A stretch of DNA of 64,000 nt, from assembly GCA_037189525.1 (NCBI GenBank), contig JBBCJC010000001.1, positions 544,001-608,000 on the forward strand, given 5' to 3'. Made by a program: the position numbers and the translations under genes. Positions 58,663 through 64,000 of this stretch are shown one piece after another; position 1 is the stretch's first letter; every line of letters begins with the position of its first letter. A model generated the notes under the pieces. The model ran no database searches, was not told the origin of the DNA, and was given only the letters and a program-made list of their open reading frames with translations. Source of the stretch: Gemmatimonadales bacterium (GTDB lineage Bacteria > Gemmatimonadota > Gemmatimonadetes > Gemmatimonadales > GWC2-71-9).

Positions 58663-58664
58663 TC

Positions 58665-59369
58665 ATGCGCGAACGTCAGCTCGGCCCGGAACTGATGGAC
58701 CGCTCCGATCTGGATCCTGTCCGGCATCGACAGGCGCTGGATGGGCTCGCGCGACTGAATCGCTGGAGCCGGAGCGCGGCCGCGCTGTGGGCTCCGCTGG
58801 CTCGCCTCGCGCATACCTCCGCGGTTCCGCTCCGAGTGCTCGACCTGGCATGCGGCGGGGGCGACAACATCATTCGCCTGGCCGGGTACGCAAGGCGCGC
58901 AGGAGTCTCGATCCGGTTCACCGGCTGCGACATCAGCGACCATGCCCTGCGGCACACAGCGCAGCTGGCGCTGGCTGCAGGCATTCCCGTCGATACCTTC
59001 CAGCACGACGCGCTCACCGCGCCGATTCCGCCTGGGTACGACGTAGTGATGAGTTCGCTCTTCCTGCACCATCTGGAGCGTGCCGACGCGGTCGGACTGC
59101 TGGGCCGAATGGGCAGTGCCGCCGGACGGCTCGTCGTAGTGCATGATCTGGTCAGGTCCCGAGCCGGCCTCACCCTTGCGCACCTGGCATGCAGAGCCCT
59201 GACACGCAGTGAGGTCGTGCGACACGACGGCCCGCAGTCGGTCCGATCGGCGTTTACTATCGGCGAGGTGCGCGCCATGGCCGATCAGGCGGGGCTTGCC
59301 GCGGTTCGGATCAGACGCACATGGCCTCAGCGCTTTCTCCTCACCGCAGCACCTGGGACGGCGGCATGA
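58665..59369 (+). CDS. SAM-dependent methyltransferase
   Basis: ELMD, VLDLACGGGD, SLFLHHL, HDGPQSVRSAFT. Confidence 0.9.
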   Translation: MRERQLGPELMDRSDLDPVRHRQALDGLARLNRWSRSAAALWAPLARLAHTSAVPLRVLDLACGGGDNIIRLAGYARRAGVSIRFTGCDISDHALRHTAQLALAAGIPVDTFQHDALTAPIPPGYDVVMSSLFLHHLERADAVGLLGRMGSAAGRLVVVHDLVRSRAGLTLAHLACRALTRSEVVRHDGPQSVRSAFTIGEVRAMADQAGLAAVRIRRTWPQRFLLTAAPGTAA

Positions 59370-60517
59370 TGCGGCCCGACTCGGACTGGGATGCCGTGGT
59401 GATCGGCGCCGGTCCCGCAGGCTCGATTGCCGCGCTCGGCCTGGCCCGGTCGGGCCACCGCGTCCTGCTGATGGAGCGGTCTCGCTGGCCGCGCAGCAAG
59501 GTCTGCGGCTCCTGCCTCAATGGCCTGGCGCTGCATGTCCTGGCGGAAGCGGGGCTCGGGTCGCTGGTTGCGGACTGCGGTGGCCGCCCCCTCGACACCG
59601 TCGTCCTCCACGCCGGGCCGCGGCGTGCCCGGCTTCCGTTGCCCACCGGCGCGGCACTCTCGCGCGCGGTGTTCGATGCTGCCCTGGTACGCGAGGCCAC
59701 CCGAGCGGGCGCAGTCTTTCTGCCGGAAACGGTAGCGGCGGTTGGCCAGGTAGCGGGCGACCACCGCCAGGTCATCCTGCGGCAGGGAGCCGACCGCGTT
59801 GCCGTCCAGGCCCGCGTGGTCCTCGCCACGACCGGACTGGGCGCCGAGGCCGCCGATACAACCGTGTTACCGCGAGCGACCGTCAACCGCGCGTCACGCA
59901 TCGGCGCCGGCGCCACCATCGACACCGGCTCCGACGACTACCGGCCCGGCATCGTCTACATGGCGAGCGGCCGGCAGGGATACGTTGGCCTGGTGCGCAT
60001 CGAGTCCGGAGCTCTCGATGTGGCCGCGGCACTTGATCCCGCGGCGGTACGCGCTCGAGGTAACATTGGGGTTGTAATCCGCGGCGTGCTCGAGGAAGCA
60101 GGCCTTCCGGTTCCCTCCGGCGCAACCGAGGCTGACTGGCGCGGCACGCCAGCGCTGACTCGAACCCGGACTCGCTTGGGAGCGGAGCGGCTCTTCATCG
60201 CCGGCGACGCAGCCGGATATGTGGAACCGTTTACCGGCGAAGGAATCGGCTGGGCCCTGGCGTCGGGCCAAGCGCTGATTCCGCTGGCGCAGCAAGCGAT
60301 TCATGTCTGGCAAGGCGATGAAGTCCAGCGATGGGAGAGGTACCATCGCGACCTGATCGCCCGCCGGCAGTTCATCTGTCGTACCTTGCGCCCGCTGCTC
60401 CGTTCGCCCGTCGGGGTTCGTACCGGCGTAGCATTGCTCGGCAGATCACCCGCCCTTGCGCGCCCGGTGATCCGGCGGATCAACGCGGCGCTTCCTGTGG
60501 AAGGAGCTCCGGCATGA
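59366..60517 (+). CDS. FAD-dependent oxidoreductase (FixC/geranylgeranyl-reductase-like)
   Basis: GAGPAG, KVCG, GDAAGYVEPFTGEGI. Confidence 0.9.
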   Translation: MMRPDSDWDAVVIGAGPAGSIAALGLARSGHRVLLMERSRWPRSKVCGSCLNGLALHVLAEAGLGSLVADCGGRPLDTVVLHAGPRRARLPLPTGAALSRAVFDAALVREATRAGAVFLPETVAAVGQVAGDHRQVILRQGADRVAVQARVVLATTGLGAEAADTTVLPRATVNRASRIGAGATIDTGSDDYRPGIVYMASGRQGYVGLVRIESGALDVAAALDPAAVRARGNIGVVIRGVLEEAGLPVPSGATEADWRGTPALTRTRTRLGAERLFIAGDAAGYVEPFTGEGIGWALASGQALIPLAQQAIHVWQGDEVQRWERYHRDLIARRQFICRTLRPLLRSPVGVRTGVALLGRSPALARPVIRRINAALPVEGAPA

Positions 60518-61605
60518 GATTCACGATCCTGGGCCAGGGTACGGCGCTCCCGCCTCACAGCATTACCCAGACCGACGCGGCCGCGTATGCCGTGGCCTAC
60601 AGCTGCCATGACGACGAACAGCGACGGATCATCCCCGCCCTCTATCGGATGTCCGGCGTCAAGCGGCGTCACAGCATCCTGCTGACCGGCCTGCCCGGTG
60701 AAGCGGCGCGCGATGCGTCCTTCCCTCCCCCGGCGTCGCCGGAAGACAAAGGCCCGCCCACGAGTCTGCGCATGGGGCTCTATGAGCAGCATGCACCCGC
60801 ACTGGCTGCGCACGCTGCGCTGGAAGCGCTAACCCGAAGCGGAGTACCCGCAGAGGCAATCACGCATCTGATTACGGTGTCCTGTAGCGGCTTTGCGGCC
60901 CCGGGGGTCGACATCGAGCTGATCCGCGACTTGGGACTGCGATATACGGTTGAGCGAATCCATGTTGGTTTCATGGGGTGCCACGGTGCGCTGAACGGCC
61001 TTCGGGCGGCGCGGAGCATCGCGGAGAGTGATGCCGAGGCGCGGATACTGGTGTGCGCCGTCGAACTGTGCAGTCTCCACTACCATTACGGCTGGGATCC
61101 CGAGCAGGTGATTGCCAACGCCCTCTTTGCCGATGGCGCCGCGGCGCTGGTGGGCGGGTCGGTCCCGGATCCCGCGCCCGGCGCATGGCGGGTCGGGGCA
61201 ACCGGATCGTGTCTGATTCCCGATTCTGACGACGCGATGAGCTGGAGCGTGCGGGATCACGGCTTTGCGATGAGCCTGTCTGCGCGGGTACCGGATCTGA
61301 TCGCGACCCATCTGCGAGACTGGATCGAAACCTGGCTCTGCAAAGCCGGGCTCGATCTGAGTGGCGTGCGATCGTGGGCGGTCCATCCGGGCGGACCGCG
61401 GATCCTCACCGCGGTTGCGAAGGCCCTGGCATTGGAGCCTGATGCGCTCGACGTGTCGAAAGAGATTCTGCGCGACTACGGCAACATGTCGTCGCCCACC
61501 ATCCTCTTCATCATCGATCGACTGCGGGAACGCGCGGCGCCGCTACCATGCGTGGCGCTGGCGTTCGGTCCAGGGCTCATGGCCGAGGCGGTGCTGTTTG
61601 TGTAG
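60514..61605 (+). CDS. Type III polyketide synthase
   Basis: Cys-His-Asn triad: GFMGCHG, VHPGG, GNMSS; also LFADG and FGPG. Confidence 0.95.
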   Translation: MRFTILGQGTALPPHSITQTDAAAYAVAYSCHDDEQRRIIPALYRMSGVKRRHSILLTGLPGEAARDASFPPPASPEDKGPPTSLRMGLYEQHAPALAAHAALEALTRSGVPAEAITHLITVSCSGFAAPGVDIELIRDLGLRYTVERIHVGFMGCHGALNGLRAARSIAESDAEARILVCAVELCSLHYHYGWDPEQVIANALFADGAAALVGGSVPDPAPGAWRVGATGSCLIPDSDDAMSWSVRDHGFAMSLSARVPDLIATHLRDWIETWLCKAGLDLSGVRSWAVHPGGPRILTAVAKALALEPDALDVSKEILRDYGNMSSPTILFIIDRLRERAAPLPCVALAFGPGLMAEAVLFV

Positions 61606-62107
61606 CAGCCTGTTCGAGGGAAAGGAGGCGGCGTTTGCGGTCCAGGCCCCAGCGATAGCCGGCCAGAGCGCCGTCGCTCCGCACCACCCGATGACAGGGC
61701 ACCAGCACGGCAATCGGATTGGCGCCGCACGCATGGGCCACCGCCCGAAACGCCCGCGGTGAGCCGACTCGGCGGGCAAGTTCCGTATAGGAGATCGTGG
61801 TGCCCGGCGGAATCTCGCGCAGGGCATCCCAAACCTGGCGCTGGAACTCGGTACCACGTGGAGCAAGCGGAATTGCGGCGGCGCGATCAGGTTGCTCGAC
61901 GGCTCGGATCACGGCAGCAAGCGTTGCACGATTGGCCTCATCGTCGCGCGTCAGCTTGGCATCGGGGAACCGGGCAGCCAGGTCGCGACACAGAGACTCG
62001 GCGTCGTCTCCCAGAAGCACGGCTACGATGCCGTTGAGGTCCATAGCGACAAGGGCAAGACCGAGGTTGGTATTTCCGATCGTATAGGTCAAAGCTGGCA
62101 AAGGCAT
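61577..62107 (-). CDS. ogt: Methylated-DNA--protein-cysteine S-methyltransferase
   Basis: GTEFQ, RAVA.ACGANP, PCHRV, GYRWG. Confidence 0.94.
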   Translation of the reverse strand: MPLPALTYTIGNTNLGLALVAMDLNGIVAVLLGDDAESLCRDLAARFPDAKLTRDDEANRATLAAVIRAVEQPDRAAAIPLAPRGTEFQRQVWDALREIPPGTTISYTELARRVGSPRAFRAVAHACGANPIAVLVPCHRVVRSDGALAGYRWGLDRKRRLLSLEQAATQTAPPRP

Positions 62108-62145
62108 CGGCGTTCTCGCGTGACGTAGGTTCGGCGTACGTCACC

Positions 62146-62191
62146 ATTCTATCATGAGAGCGCGAGGCTGGCTCGCCATTTTCGGACGTGA
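62146..62191 (-). promoter_or_regulatory. Putative Ada-type activator site plus -10 (ogt promoter)
   Basis: TCACGTCCGAAAATGGCGAGC - 19 nt - TAGAAT on the minus strand. Confidence 0.72.
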
Positions 62192-62207
62192 TGTCGGGCG
62201 GGTCACC

Positions 62208-62585
62208 TCATGGGCGGGGGATCAGATCGGCGCGCAGGTGGACCGTCTTGACCGCGCCGCAGTGGTCGGCGGAAACCTTCACTCCGCTGCGCTCCCAACC
62301 GACATATCCCGGAGCAGCCACTCGGACCGTATAGGTTCCGGTACGGCCGAGGGCCATGGGCCATATCAGCCTGCTGGGCTGTCCCGCTGCCGCCGGAGAG
62401 TGCTCTATGACGGTTCCATCCTCCAGCAACGAAATGCTCGGTGTGACCGCCGGTATCCCACGGGTTTTCGCGTCGACAACCATCAGGTTGATCCCGTAAT
62501 AGAGCATGTCCACACAGTCGCCTGCAAACATGGTGCAGCCTGACATAGTGGTTGCTGCGGACAGAAGCAACGCCAGTCGTCTCAT
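62208..62585 (-). CDS. Hypothetical lipoprotein
   Basis: MRRLALLLSAATTMSGC lipobox; GTYTVRVAAPGY prealbumin-like fold pattern. Confidence 0.7.
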   Translation of the reverse strand: MRRLALLLSAATTMSGCTMFAGDCVDMLYYGINLMVVDAKTRGIPAVTPSISLLEDGTVIEHSPAAAGQPSRLIWPMALGRTGTYTVRVAAPGYVGWERSGVKVSADHCGAVKTVHLRADLIPRP

Positions 62586-62657
62586 CCGTCGATAGTACGC
62601 CACTCGGCCCGGGCTGTCAGTGAGGTACGTCACATGGGTCCATACCCCGGGGCTTCT

Positions 62658-62703
62658 TCATGTCCGAAAATGGCTAGCATGCCAGGGTCGCTCCGCCTAG
62701 ACT
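62658..62703 (+). promoter_or_regulatory. Putative Ada-type activator site plus -10 (alkA promoter)
   Basis: TCATGTCCGAAAATGGCTAGC - 19 nt - TAGACT. Confidence 0.72.
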
Positions 62704-62709
62704 TCCAGC

Positions 62710-64000
62710 ATGACCCGCGACCCCGCCGCCCTCTATACCGCCCTGCAAGCGCGCGATCCGCGCTTCGACGGCGTGTTCTACGTCGGGGTCACCTCCACGG
62801 GGATCTATTGCCGGCCCATCTGCACGGCCAAGACTCCGAAGGCGGCCAACTGCCGCTTCTTCGAGACCCCGGCCGCTGCGGAGCAGGCGCGGTTCCGGCC
62901 CTGCCTGCGCTGTCGGCCCGAACTGGCGCCCGGCCATGCGCCGGTCGACGATGCCCGCCGGATTGCGCATCTCGTGGCCGCCCGGATCGAAGAAGGACTC
63001 TCGGACGAAGCGCGCGGCCTCGAGACGATTGCCGCGCAGTTCGGCTGGAGTTCGCGCCATCTCCGCCGCCTGGTCAAACAGGAACTCGGCGTCTCACCGA
63101 TCGAGCTGGCGCTGACCCGACGCTTGCTGCTTGCGAAGCAACTGCTGACCGATACGGCGCTGCCGGTTACCGAAGTGGCCTTTGCCAGCGGCTTCAGCAG
63201 CCTGCGGCGATTCAACGACGCCTTCCTGCATCGCTACGGCATGCCGCCGACCCGGTTGCGAAAGGCGGCCGAGGCGCCTGTCGTGGCCGCGGCAACGCTG
63301 ACCCTGCCGCTGGGGTACCGGCCCCCATTTGACTGGGACGCGCTGCTCGACTTCCTGGGCACCCGGGCCGTTCCCGGCGTGGAGGTCGTTGCGGACGGAC
63401 GGTACCTTCGCACGGTGCGGATCGGCGCGCATGCCGGATGGGTTTCGGTTCGGCATGCGCCCCAGCGCCGCTCGATCCTGGTCGAGCTGCCGCACGAACT
63501 GACCCCGGTGCTACCGGCGCTCCTGGGCCGGATCAGGCAGTTGTTCGACCTGCAGGCGCGGCCCGATTTGATCGTTGCACACCTGGAGCAGGATCCGCTG
63601 CTGGCGCCATCGGTGGCTCGGCACCCGGGGCTCCGCGTGCCGGGTGCATTCGACGGGTTCGAGATCGTGCTTCGGGCAGTGCTCGGTCAGCAGGTTACCG
63701 TGGCGACAGGGACTCGGCTGACGGCACGCGTGGTCGCGGCGTTCGGGGAGCGGATCGCGGGGGGGCCGGACGGCCTCGATCGCCTGACGCCGACGGCTGA
63801 ACAGATTGCGGGGCTCCGAGCAGCGGAGCTGGCGGCGTTAGGAATCGTGCGGACTCGGGCGGCGTGCCTGGTAGCGGTTGCTGCCGAGGTAGCGTCCGGT
63901 CGGATTCGGCTCGAGCCGGGGCCGATGGCCGAGGAGACCGTGGATCGCCTGCTCGAGGTACCGGGAATCGGACCGTGGACGGCGCGGTACGTCGCGATGC
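62710..64000 (+). CDS. alkA: AdaA-AlkA fusion: Ada Zn-binding, AraC HTH and DNA-3-methyladenine glycosylase (partial)
   Basis: Not in ORF track. Read manually: MTRDPAALY..ARDPRFDG..STGIYCRPIC..FRPCLRCRPE..GFSSLRRFN..AVLGQQV..PGIGPWTA. Confidence 0.93.
   Translation, partial: MTRDPAALYTALQARDPRFDGVFYVGVTSTGIYCRPICTAKTPKAANCRFFETPAAAEQARFRPCLRCRPELAPGHAPVDDARRIAHLVAARIEEGLSDEARGLETIAAQFGWSSRHLRRLVKQELGVSPIELALTRRLLLAKQLLTDTALPVTEVAFASGFSSLRRFNDAFLHRYGMPPTRLRKAAEAPVVAAATLTLPLGYRPPFDWDALLDFLGTRAVPGVEVVADGRYLRTVRIGAHAGWVSVRHAPQRRSILVELPHELTPVLPALLGRIRQLFDLQARPDLIVAHLEQDPLLAPSVARHPGLRVPGAFDGFEIVLRAVLGQQVTVATGTRLTARVVAAFGERIAGGPDGLDRLTPTAEQIAGLRAAELAALGIVRTRAACLVAVAAEVASGRIRLEPGPMAEETVDRLLEVPGIGPWTARYVAM

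Noticed and set aside
1..64000. CRISPR arrays, rRNA, tRNA, transposases, prophage or defence systems
   Set aside because: None recognised by eye; intergenic gaps are short. tRNAscan and Rfam were not run.

Overview
High-GC bacterial chromosomal window; SusC/SusD, many secreted peptidases and the gene style suggest Gemmatimonadota (inference). In order: partial susD and susC; a LysR/YeiH pair; a GntR(UTRA)-controlled amino-acid catabolic locus with an atypical OAT-like enzyme, M14 deacylase, TTC38-like TPR protein, MetC and APC permease; a peptidase/serine-hydrolase block; coxG/xdhC; a small island with a decayed toxin-antitoxin pair; a complete his operon with a His-rich leader attenuator; a TetR-SDR insertion; an arg operon; a type III PKS cluster; and divergent ogt/ada-alkA genes. 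Top finding: the arg operon has no argA, argJ or lysX/lysW. It instead embeds a DUF1611-like P-loop protein, a candidate new glutamate N-acyltransferase, and its ArgF' has Val at the acetyl/succinyl specificity position, which suggests an N-succinyl arginine route. No rRNA, tRNA, CRISPR array or transposase was seen. All family calls come from motif recognition, not database searches.
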